DNA from: Harriotta raleighana
Lineage: Eukaryota
Direction: 5' to 3'
Length of the DNA: 64,000 bases
Assembly: GCA_050575255.1 (NCBI GenBank)
Contig: JBNZDD010013730.1
Coordinates: 3,547,538 to 3,611,537, forward strand
Part shown: positions 52,246 to 64,000 of the stretch, piece by piece
Layout of the letters: every line of letters starts with the position of its first letter
Numbering within the stretch: position 1 is the first letter of the stretch
Position numbers and translations under genes: made by a program
The notes under the pieces: model-generated
The model's input: the letters and a program-made list of their open reading frames with translations, nothing else
Told to the model about the DNA's origin: nothing
The model's database searches: none

Positions 52246-52536
52246 GTAAGAATCCTTACATTTGATATAGCACTTTTCACGTCTTCTAGATGTCTCAAAG
52301 TGCTTCACTAAATGTACTGTAAAGTGAATTGACAGTATATTTGTGGGCAAAACTCAGCAACCAATTGTGCACAGAAGTGTCCCACAAAGAGTCGTGGATT
52401 GAACTGACCGATTTTTTTTGTTAAGGGATTCCTATCAGGCCTATGGAGTAAGGAAACTTGCCCTGGGTTTCGCCCTGCCAGGAATCGAATCCAGGTCTCT
52501 TGCGAGTCGAGTACTCTAACCAAGCAGCTACGGAAT
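52246..52536 (-). mobile_element. Near full-length young SINE
   Basis: GGATTCGATTCC B box and CTCGCAA loop on -, Deu core, eroded tail. Confidence 0.9.
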
Positions 52537-55000
52537 GGTCTTTAACAACTCCCCTTTTGCCAGAAATGCACAAGAAGTCATAACAGAAGATTGTAATTTC
52601 AATTTCAAGCATGAGGAATTTCCTATTAATTAACATACAAGACTGACTAAGCAAATGCATCAGGATGTTTGAGAATGAAAGTAGTTGTAAAGCAAGCTTA
52701 TTTAAAATTGTTTGCTTTTTTTATTGCATTTAATTTGCTGTGTAATAAATTTACTTGTGAGCACACCTTTTGATTTTAATGCAAAACATCTAAGTAAAAA
52801 GGAAGTTTTATCACTTGGTCATTTCAGATAATGTGAGACTGAAATTTGAAATGAATCCCAGTCATCTGTTTATAGATTTTTACCACAACCTTATTGTTTT
52901 CCCCATGTACAGGAGACGCTCTGAGGGATACCTTATTTTGGATCAGGCAGCTCATGCATATGCAAAATGCGTTTTATCTTGATATACTGTTTCATTAATA
53001 TACAAACATCACATTTCATGTAATAATTCAAGTAGTAAAAGTGAGGTCAGAAAGCTTTGAGGCTCCAGTTTATGAAGGCAGGTGTAAGAACAAACATCCT
53101 GGGAAATAGTCCAAGGAAAACTATTTTCTTAGGGAAATCAGCAGTGGTAGGCAGATGTTACCTATTAATCTGGAAATAAATTACAATAATAGATTATTGA
53201 CATGATATACTATAAATTTTAATGCATAATATGGACAAAAGATATCTGTTTATCTAAATACTGTATATAGATATTTTTCTATATATATACTCTGTAAATA
53301 TTGCATTTTGTTAAAAACATCATTTAACTTCCAGTCAGAAGTACAATTATGTATTCATTAAATACAAATATTAAATAATGCAAAATATTACTGGACACAT
53401 TGTGAAATAAATGAGATTAGATACATGAAACAAACACTGCAATCCAAGATCATTGCTATTTTAACATTTAAATTTTCTATTTTAATATAAAGACAATTTG
53501 ATTTTAGATCCTTCATTACATTTTCCTATGGGATTAATACATTTTTAAAATATGTGTACAGTTCAGCAAAAAAAAAACTTTGAATCAACGTAGTACTACA
53601 ATTCTGATTTATATTTTCAAACAATAAACAATCAATTTGCATTTTTTCTAGGTAAGGAAATAGTTGTTTTATTAAATTGTAAAATATTATTTAAAATATA
53701 AATTGTCATAATTCAAACCGGCTTTGGGATAGAAATCTAACAAATTTCTCAGGTTTGTTTGCAAGATGACTGGGTGGAGCCAGAGGACAGAAATTTGACC
53801 CAGGGTGGTTCCTGAAAAGTACATTCTCAACTTTGATAGATGTTGATATTATTTGAGAAAATGTTGGCATATCTTTTATTTCATTCCTTTTGTTTAATTT
53901 ACATGAACTAATTTGTTGATGGTTTATTCTGCTATTTACTGTTACTTTGACATGGAAGAATTTTTACATTTTGTAATTTGCAACGAAATTAATCAATTTT
54001 TTCTTGGATTTTTCACTTGTATAGTACTATTTTACATGGATGTAAATCTTCTCCAATAAATTTTGAAGTGATTTCAATTTTTAGTCAGTGCCTCAGCAGT
54101 TAACCCAAGCGTTTGCTATGGATTAGCTCCGCTTGCTACCAACAACACAGAGAGGATATAGTGCCCCCAATGGTGTCTCAATTAGCTGTGGAATGGAATG
54201 AAGAAGTTATTTTACAAGATAATTTCAGATTCTTCTGTAGAGTCCATAGTTAAAATCGTCAATGATCTAATAAATATCAAAACAAAGGTAGAATTTCTGT
54301 CTAGATGTGAGGTTTGCAACACAGTCATTAACAATGAAAATCTGCATTTGAGCCTCATTGCCACTGACAGTAAACAGATGTGTCTTAAATGGAAATACCG
54401 GATTGTTGATTTGTGCTATGTGCATCTTCACTTCCCAGTGGGCTGTGCTATTAATACTTGACCAATACAAAGTAAAATAACTATTCCAGAAACAGCAAAG
54501 TTCTCTGGATTGTATATGTGGTTCCAACGTTAAGTAAAACCAATTTGGACGTATGTAAATAAGTATGCAAGTATATATTAGTATATGTAATTATAGAAAA
54601 TCTCTAGTCTCTAATATTGTTAAAGATAACATTAAAATTGATCTATACATGCACTGTATCACACTAAGGTGAATGCTGTTGTTGTACCTAAAATAACTAC
54701 TGTACTATCAATAAATTTCTTCATATGTACTGTGAACAATGGTGAATCGACTGTTGTTGACACATGAACATTGGATTGTTGATAGCTAAGTGCCATTAGA
54801 TTCTGAGAACTCTCCTGATAATAGCAATTTTCCTCATGTGATGGGTATTCTCAAATATCAGATTGTTTTCTGTCACTGCTCCCATGCATGATAAGTCGGA
54901 CTCTTAATATCAATTGACAACTGCAATGCAGAAAGTACGTTTGATATAAAACCAAAGATACTTTCGACACTGAAATACTTCAAAACGTGCCATCCCCCCT

Positions 55001-55247
55001 TCCCTTTCCCAAACCTGAAATTGATGTTCTAATTGTGATTGCTGGGTTTGCGATCTTAGGACCTCTTGTTTCTCGGCTGCAAGAAAAATTGTGACAATAA
55101 ATTGGAAACTGAATCCCAGGTGANTCCCTTTCCCAAACCTGAAATTGATGTTCTAATTGTGATTGCTGGGTTTGTGATCTTAGGACCTCTTGTTTCTCGG
55201 CTGCAAGAAAAATTGTGACAATGAATTGGAAACTGAATCCCAGGTGA
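55001..55247. other. 123-bp direct duplication around a single N: probable assembly (contig-overlap) artefact
   Basis: 55001-55123 and 55125-55247 are identical except for two substitutions and are separated by n at 55124. Confidence 0.9.
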
Positions 55248-58014
55248 AAAAAAAAGGCTTTTGGGACTTTGGCTGTTCAAATTTGGCATTGAATTCGCTG
55301 GCGAACTGTGCAATTTCAGGCAAGACTGGAAATCGCCAATTCGAAACAATGACGGACACCGGACACTTCAAGACAAACCAAAAGTATAAAAAACAGTCCA
55401 CACATGTACAGTAGACCACCTGCAGAGATAATACTTATTGATCCAAGAGTGACATAGATACTACTGAAGGTAGTCCCAGCTGCAATAGCTCTCCTGTTGG
55501 GAAATGAGACTCCCTCCTTCTCTTGAGAATAAGGAATAGCTGAGTCAAACCTAGGGACCTTCTATCCCTTAAGGATATTTATTGCAGGCAGCGAGAGAGA
55601 AAAATGCATTAAAATTGCTCTAAATATCTACATGGGAAGCATTTCGAGCAGGTATAATAAATTAAGGTGAATATTCATTGCAAAATGGTGCTGTTCCAAT
55701 CACTGAAAAGGGAATGTTATCTGCCAAGATTAATCTTCATGGATGCTCCAACGAGTTGTAGGAAGGTACACATCTCGAGGGGCCTGCATTCTAAGTAGTA
55801 AATTCCACTGAGGTCCATTTAGTAAGTCTTGGATATGAGCAGGGGTGATGACCCCAACCATATGGCCTCTGTCTTCAAACAATTAATCTTGTATCCTGAC
55901 AGAGTACCAAAGTGCTCAACATAAGACCATGACATTTAGGAGAGATATCAAGGGGTCAGAGATACAAGAAAATGTCAATTGCATGCAACAAAGACTTATC
56001 CTGCTGATGTCTTGCATGGATATCACGAATGTCTAAATTCATATCTGGTTATTCAATAGCTAGAGAAAATAATTGGGTCAGCGCCAACATTTTACCAAGT
56101 AACTATGTGTCACAATTCAGTAAAGATATTTGTTTTCCTTTATACAGGTGATAGAACCAAGAAGATTCAAACCTACACTGTAAAGAACAATATGCCTGCC
56201 AAACAAGTAACATTGTCCATTGATCTAGTCTGGCAGCTGCAAGAAGTACTCATTCCAGGAAGCCAACAAAACATAAGCAGCTGAGCACACAGACAAAACC
56301 ATGAAAACAAATCAAAAAGCCACAACCACGGCAGAAAAGGAGAAATCACTTGACGGAAAAGTGCAACAAAGAAGATAAGTAATGCGTACTGCAGCTTGGT
56401 AAGGGAAAGCAAGTGAACATCTGTAAAAAGAGATATAAAGACACCAAAATCCTTAACAGTGGGACCCTGCATAGGATACCACCCTAAATCATGTGAGGAT
56501 GTATATCAAGCTACTGTACTGTTCTACCTTTTTGTTCATCAAATCATTAATTTACCAGATATCCCCCTAGGTCTGATGAACCTTTGAAACCAAGCCTTCC
56601 ATGCTTCCTTAATGTGACCCAGGAGTTGTCAATTTACACCCAAATATTTTTAACTGCTGTGATCAAAACACGTAAATACCTCGTAAAATGTCGCACTGCA
56701 CAGATATATTACACGCCAACAAAGATCCGAATAGAATTGAGGACATTCCATAGAGGTAAGGCTTGAGAATCTATAAAAAATAAAAACACTCTGGGTTGAA
56801 TTTACCCCACTAAACTGCTTTTTCAATGCAAACAACAATCCAAATAACATTATATACAAATTTAGCACAATTGGATGTTTCCGAGAATCTGTTAGTAACA
56901 TATTGAAATATTATGAGAAAATGACTAAGGATCAAAACATTATCTGCCCATGCCTTTAGGTCGCCAATCATTGACCTTTCACTGACACACATCTGAAAAC
57001 AATGATGTACAGTGATCGTTAAATCAGTGAATAGCTACTATATTAAAAAGGATCATTAGAAATGTATTGTGATATCAACTATTCAAATATTCCTCGTTTT
57101 CTTTAATGTTTTGGGCATTTTTCCAAAATACTAACGAACAATTAGAAAGAAAACTAAAGCTATTAAATCCTTTGTTCAAATTATTCAGTGAATGTCAACC
57201 CATTCAAGACATGAATTATTTTTGTAATCTTCTGATAATGTGACTTTTGAGGTCACCTTTCCCAGTTTTTATGAATATCTGAGTTGTCATGCTTCCATTC
57301 CTGATGAACATTGTTTACATTAACATATCAATACATTTGCAACACTGTAAGGCTCTACTTTGTGCAAAAGCTTTACATATGAATGAGTAGAGCTGATTGT
57401 TCAAATGGATTCATCGTATAAGCAGAGCTCAGCTTGAAACTAGCTCTAAGAGCTACGTCTGGTGGTGCTGAGAGTGTACTGCATTAATGGCTGTGTCTCT
57501 GTCGGCTTTGTGTATTTATGCTATTTAAAATGACAAAACGCTTTTTTCTAACTAAAAATATAGTCTTAAAAATCCAATGTAGCTTCTCCTGTGCAGTCCA
57601 AATTTTTGCAATGTTGCTTCACTCAGGTAGGATCTGTCGGCTTTTAATGCGCGTGATTGATATAAATACCCTTAATACATATTTTTCACTTTGTTGGGGT
57701 TTAGTTTTGATCACAAATCCAACAATCCTTTTTTTTCAAAGTCCGATCATAGACGTTTTAAACTGAAAATTCTTCCAAGAAAACCCACTTCGCTGTTTAA
57801 CTTTTAATGGTCTGTGCTTCTTGATGCTTCGAGTCAGTGTCCTGCTGGATGCTGAAAGGTAAATAAATGCTGTAATTAAGTGCTGGTACTCCCAGTCAGT
57901 GTTTCCTTTCTATTAAATTCACACATATTATAGACATTGTGAAATATCAGGAAGCAAGCGAAGCAAGTTGCTCTTCACACCAGCAATCACAAAACAGCAC
58001 TTGCATTTGATATA

Positions 58015-58270
58015 TTTTTACGTGGACTCGAAGCATCATAGAAATTTACAGGGCAGCATGCGGGAATTCTGCTCCCAATGCCTGATCTGGTTCTCTGAAA
58101 GAGTTATCTGTTTAATCCCATTCTCCTGTATTCTCCCCCGAATCCTTTATATTTCTTCTTTTCAGATATCCATCTAATTTCCTCATAAAGCTAACGTGAA
58201 TTCTGCCACAACCACCTTTCTAGGCCATGTCTTAACACCCTCTGTACAAAATCCATTACTCAAAACCTAC
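58015..58270 (-). mobile_element. CR1 LINE 3' end, decayed
   Basis: CATAGAAATTTACAG...CTCTGAAAGAGTTATC...TCCCATTCTCC, same subfamily end as 6466. Confidence 0.7.
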
Positions 58271-58337
58271 TTATTTTGTATTGCTCAAAATTGGACACAT
58301 TAGTTCGACTGTGGTCTAACGTTTTATTCTGGCTTAT

Positions 58338-58740
58338 CAACAACAACAACAACAACTTGCATTTATATAGTGCCCTCTACGGCAGGCTGCATCTTGGAGT
58401 GCTTCACAATGGCGGAGCCTGAGGCTGAGCCAGGGGTAGAGGGAAAGGTAACCGTAAGTGCGGTCGAAAAGAGAGGTCTTCAAGTAAGACCTGAAGATGG
58501 GAAGAAGGCGGGGAGACAAAGGGATTAAGGGAGGGATTGCTTTCACGGCTGCCAATGGTGGAGCTGAGAATTCGGGGGACAAGGAGGAGGCTGGACTCAG
58601 TGGAGAGGAGGAAGCGTATTCTGCTGTGAGGAGTGAAGAGATTGGAGAGAAAGGGCGAATGCAGAGGAGTGGTGGGATTTAAACACAATTTAAATTATTG
58701 TGGTCGATCTGCTATGTGATGGGGAGCCAGTGCAGTTTGG
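58338..58740 (-). mobile_element. L2 LINE 3' end with (GTT)n tail
   Basis: Frameshifted ORFs give FRSYLKTSLF and LLVPR...TIGSR; GGCTCCCC (WLP-like) near 58725; tail GCACTATATAAATGCAAGTTGTTGTTG on -. Confidence 0.9.
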
Positions 58741-60125
58741 TAGTTTATCATTAGCCCTTTGCCTTGATATTCTAGCCACATTTCTTACACCTTCTTAGTT
58801 TTTTTTGACAGCTTTTAATTAACTTGCTTTCTCTTCTTTTTTAAAAAACTTTTTTGCCTATGTTAATCATCCTCCTCATTCAATGTTACAGTTTGAAGAT
58901 GTGATATATATTTGAATATTGTGCTCCTTATACAGTACCTCAATTTCATCCCATGAGAACATTTTGTCTTAAAATTTAAGATAGTGCAGAACTGTGGATG
59001 ATTCTTGAATTTACTCTTAATTTGGCAAGTTGGCCTGTTTTATTTCAGATTTAGGGAAAAATAATTTCCAAATTAAAAACACTTTTGAGAAATTTTGAGC
59101 GATCTTAAATTTGAAGATAAATAGTCTTACAGGCTGAGATGGGATTAATTACAGTTTTACAGTATTTCAATTCCATACAGTCTGCATGCACTTTGCCATC
59201 ATTATTATACAGTGAGATACTTTCATTTCAGATTTCTTTACCTATTTTCATCTATCATTGCACCGACCCCAGTACCAACAGTAAGAGGTGTTTTTTCTAA
59301 AAATAATTGTTCACATCTGCCACTATCCATGAAACAGGAAGAGTTCAGTTGTAGTGCAAAGCAGTTTTTTTTTAAAAAAACCTTCTGTTCTTTTTTGAAC
59401 TGATTTAGTACAGCTCTTTGAAACACTTTTTACGCAAAAGGTGCTGTATAAATAAAGGTGGTTGTTAATGCTCAATGGTTGTCAGAGAGTTTAAAATGCT
59501 CACATGCCTGACACCTTGGCTACTGAATCTCAGTACAGTATACAAAGCAAAATTGAGTGACTGTGCAAAGTTGGGCACTTGAGAAAGACATATAGTATTC
59601 CACTATTTTCAACATGATTTTCGCCATGTCAATTTTAGCTTTTTTTTCTTTTCTGACAGAGGTAAGGAGTCCCGGCATTAAAGGCAGAGTAGAAGTCCAA
59701 CATGTACTCATTTATCATCAGTCATTAATTCAGTCAGCAGGTACTTCAAACATAGGATAGGGAATTGCCATCTTTTTCCATTCCTGAATACTGATCCAGT
59801 GCAGCCAAACATTCGTAATCTTACACCAGCTAAGTACAGTATATCCTAATACAGTAGTGCAATTATCAGTCACAACTGCTGTCTCTTGACCGTGACCCTT
59901 CAGATTATTTTGTGTTGCTCAACACATTTCAATATTCCACTGCGCTCTTACTTCTGCCGGCCTCATCACTTCTTTAAGTAGCTATGAAAATTGCAAGTGT
60001 TCCCTTTAAATGCTAGTGCTGTTCTATGCCATTCAGATTCTGTTCCACTCTTCTTCCTGTTTTCTTTATGGATTCCAGTGAACTGCATATCATTCTTGTC
60101 CCTCTTGTCTCTTTTCACAAACAAG

Positions 60126-60283
60126 TTCAAGTGGAGGAATTATACAACTAATGAAAAGGCTACAGCAATCCTCGGCAATGAACAGCTGTTCAGCAACAGG
60201 AAGCTGAAGTTCTAATGGCCTACGGTATACCATCTCTGGTTCGAACTGGGTCTTTATTAAGAAGTGAGAGCCAATTTGGGGTG
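60126..60283 (+). other. Candidate exon (possible first coding exon, MAYGIPSLVRTGSLLRSESQFGV)
   Basis: Pyrimidine tract plus AAG at 60125, ATG at 60215, 23 codons to donor GTG|GTATGT. Peptide not recognised. Confidence 0.2.
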
Positions 60284-62924
60284 GTATGTACAATGCCGAT
60301 CTTTTACTTAATAGGGGAGGGAGAAATAATCAGATTTTTAATGTGTTCTGTTTTGCTGGAATTAAAATATAATTCAAAAAAACTTGTAATTGCATAATTT
60401 CTTTGATATTTATAAAATATGCTCTTTCAAGTTCGGACGGACTTGCTCGACTCATGAGAAAAGTCATCCGAAACTGGTACTTAATATGACAATTTGCACA
60501 ACATAATAATGCATGTACCCACATATCTATATATAGAGACCTATTATGAAGCCCTATTGCAGACTTTCTGAAAATATATTTTATAATAGAGTGCATCTAA
60601 TACGATGCATTCCCAAGAAAGGCTCAACTCAAAATGAAAGATATTTCTGTATCATTTCAAGCCGTACTTACAACTGAGCCCGTTTGACTGACATACAAAC
60701 CCTAAGTGACCTTTCTGGCTTGTTGCTGTCTATTTCTATAGAGAAAGAAGAATTGTACAAGAAAAATCATCTGAAGCTGGTCAGAATTAAAACCCAGATT
60801 GGGTCTGGCCCATTTAAAGTGACTGATTATTTTTAGATTTCTGGCCCAGATTTGCATTCATCCTTTATAAGATACATTAAGGATTAACATGACAATTGTT
60901 TTGGAAATGTCACTTTGATTTGTCAGGATATGACAGAAGTTTTTAGAGGGATTATGTGTAAAAAAAAAAGTTGAGTAATTTTAAAATTTAAAGACTCCCT
61001 CGATACGTTGTAAGTGGAGCATTTTCATTTTTACAACAGAATGTGGATATGCAAACTGTCAGCAATATATGTGCTGGGAATTCAGAAAGCTTTGGCTGGG
61101 ATGAGTGTCATAAAGTGGCACTGTTAGCAGCTGAGATTCAAGCAGAACTAGTGCACTAAAATAGCTTAGCAGATAAATGTTGAATCAGCCAAAGAAGGAA
61201 TGCAGTAAATACAAAATAAATCCCTCACGTTATCTCAAAGTCCAGATAAAAGACAGTATTATATATTATTGTGCGTGATGCGTGATCTCAGACCTATGTT
61301 AGTAAGCTGTCACCAGTGCAATAATAATTTTCTCTACAGGACCTTTAGCTGTTAAGTAGAGAGGCAGAGACCCAATCACTTCCATTTGTAACCTCTGTAA
61401 ACAAAATCATTGCCTTTTAAATGGAATTTTGATGCAACATTTATGGAATGTCAAGTAAATTTTTTTTACTTAATGTGAAAAGCACTTTCTACTGTAACTT
61501 GCCCAATCAAATCTACAAAATGTGGAAATGTAGTTGTTTTGCTAATCAGGTAATTACTTTTTAATGCTACATTTACTCGCACAATGGGGTGAAAAATGGG
61601 ATCGTTATATCATAAACTGCATTTACACAGCTTTACTCACCCCTTTATATGTGTTGAAAATATGTTTCGGAAGAATTGTGTGATTTTATGCACAAAAAAC
61701 AGTCTTTACTGAAAAATTTAATGTGTTAAGTATTTGGAGGCAACACAGTATATGCCACTCAAAGCACGTACTCGAAGCGTACGCTAACAATACTGACAAC
61801 ATAGCTGAGGTTTTCAGCACATTGTTAAACCCACTCTACTCCTACAAAGTTCTAACTTTGGGAAAGACAAAATAGGTAAAAATAAGTAAATATTTAGTGT
61901 CAACTATTGACTGAAGTGACCCCAAGTGATAGCCAGAGGTAGTTCCACATTGGCAATAACTCAAGTTTATATCTGGACGCTAACAGTAAAGTAATACTAG
62001 CCACGATATCAACTCGTCCGGGGGAGCCTGGTGTTTGTGTACTGTATTGAATATACAGTACCTGGAGTTATGGCACTGCCTGGAGCAATCATCATTGTGA
62101 GTTACTTCACCTGTAAAATACAGCACCATTTCAACAATATCAGAGTATTGACAAGACACATACACCAATTGATTCCTTTTAGTTTCAGATTAAAGTTGGA
62201 ACAAAAGTTAAATCTAGCAGCAACTGAATTCATGATCCTTTGCACAGAGAGCTTAGAAAGCTATTCTACCGCCTAATTGGAAGATTTTCTGGTAACTGTG
62301 GCAGAAGCCATTTTCCACTCCGCCTTTTTCATGAAGAGAGTTTGATTCTCAATTTTGAGAGTCCATTATTTCATGTTTGGATCAAAAGCACTTTGAGTTG
62401 TTGGGATTTAAAGACCTTTTATTTTGAGCTTTGGTGATCCCACACTGAAATGTGAAATTCATCTCAGACAAGTATTCATTTCTATTCAATTTTCTGAATT
62501 GTAGCATGTTGACAGCATAATGACCAGTCTTAGAACAATGTGTATAATCTCTATCATCATTGTATAGTATTTTACTGCATATATACTGTAGTCCACATAT
62601 ATTCGGCAGCCAAGCTGGTTTCTATGTATGGATTTCAAAGTGAGATGTACAGTTTTTATTATACAATAACATTTAATTATATCCAACAAAATGTGAAATA
62701 CCAAAATCCCACAGGACCACGTCTTACCAGTGTTCTAGGATTTTTGTACATCTTTTAAAAGTTAAAATGTTTCAAAATGCATTTTCATTAAAAATCTGCA
62801 AGGGTACATTTTCAGTCAGTCTTGTTGCTACTATGTCATTCTTGCCTGAATAATTTTCAAGATTCTCGAAGATGTGAAATTTCTATGAATTTTCAAGCTC
62901 CCTAAAACAGGTAAAACACAATTT

Positions 62925-63500
62925 GCTCTGAGTAGACTCAAAGCCTGCCACAGGACAGTCTTTCATACAGTATTAAATAAATCTAGAGAAAATCCTCTCC
63001 CTTGGGATCTACAATCAACTACCCAGCTGCCCATCAACATATACCAGTCACTGTATGTAATAATGTAGTATGTTTACACCCATGTGCCAATGTGGCTCCT
63101 GACCCTTAAGAAAAGTGATTGCATTTGATGGCGTTATGGATGACTTCAGCAATCAAATGATCTGCATCTTGATCTTCCCTTGGGTAATCGGCCTTCCATC
63201 TGTCATTGTTACTCTTGGAAACATCAAATGCAGTCTCACATATGATGCCAAGATGTGGAGGATGCAACAGGCAGCAAAGAATTGCCAGAACTACTTCACT
63301 GATATGGTCCTGTGTGGAACCTACACAATGAAAAAGCATTTTGCCTGTTCCCAATGTGAACTTGAATATGGGCATACAGCTGCTTCATACTCATCAGACA
63401 GCCAGCCATCAGTCACCTCTCTAATTTCAAACCAGGGTCAGATCATGAGAGAATGAAGAAATAATGCCTGGACCCAGGAACATTAGGACACCATGAAAAC
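62925..63500 (+). mobile_element. Ancient CR1/L2-group RT fragment
   Basis: ORF 63115..63456 IGLPSVI...IKCSLTYDAKMWR...NCQ resembles INDLPxVI...LFADDxKxxR...DC; the catalytic motif is degenerate. Confidence 0.5.
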
Positions 63501-64000
63501 GTTCTGGGTTTGACATTCCATCCACTTGCACATTCCCCAATGCCAGTTTTTCTGGTTCTATTTGGTACACTCACTCAGCAGAGCATGTGGCTGGGGTTGC
63601 CCATATATGGTATGACATGACATGGTATAATGTCAAATGAAAATTGGCTTTCATTTAATGCAGGACGTGGGGCAAGGAGGGCAGTGGAGAGAGTAGCATT
63701 CAATTAATGAAAGCAAATGTAGTGAAAGTGAGGGATACTGATCCTGAGTAAGACAATAGCGATCTGACTCAAAACTATTTGCCTTTACTAATGGATACGC
63801 ACGGTGGCCGGCCATTTTGGCTTGCTATGGCTGGACCTCCCACCTCTGCTTTTGGAAAGGATATAGAGAAATGATTTGCACAGGTGCACTCTGAAAATAG
63901 CAGGGCTTGAATCCGCTACCTCTATTGCACCAAAAGAATTATAAAGAAAAATATTAAAGTGATGGGACAGGAGCATTGGACTGTAATTAAGGAAGATGGG

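Noticed and set aside
56570-56595. CTGATGA...GAAA hammerhead-like core (also GACCCGAAAC at ~46893)
   Set aside because: Stems I and III cannot be formed from the flanking sequence.
3064-63976. Short ORFs in the supplied track as host protein-coding genes
   Set aside because: All are 134 aa or less with no recognisable host domain. Those with motifs are LINE remnants, SINE read-through, or ORFs inflated by N runs.
1-64000. Prokaryotic-type systems (CRISPR arrays, operons, defence islands)
   Set aside because: No regularly spaced repeat-spacer array or gene-dense organisation; the recurring sequences are dispersed eukaryotic SINEs and LINEs.

Overview
AT-rich vertebrate genomic DNA, not prokaryotic. 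The repeat content points to a cartilaginous fish, probably a chimaera such as Callorhinchus; this is an inference from recalled SINE/LINE consensus sequences. I can recognise no protein-coding exon, and every ORF in the track with a recognisable motif is a decayed CR1 or L2 retrotransposon ORF2 fragment. The window reads as a very long intron or non-coding host transcript, probably on the + strand. It carries many tRNA-derived Deu-domain SINEs (four nearly full length), CR1 and L2 LINE remnants including a nested insertion, a palindromic repeat family with a Penelope/hammerhead-like loop, and some MITE-like remnants. Unique sequence includes three promoter-like patches (about 12.1, 23.5 and 49.9 kb) and a few candidate + strand exons or recursive splice sites. 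Two short N runs (132 and 148 nt, 438 bp apart) lie in unique CpG-retaining DNA and could hide a small-RNA pair such as a miRNA cluster. I cannot support a claim of a new biological system. The best leads are the N-run pair with its putative host transcript, the palindromic repeat, and the inverted SINE pair. Repeat boundaries were read by eye and are approximate.
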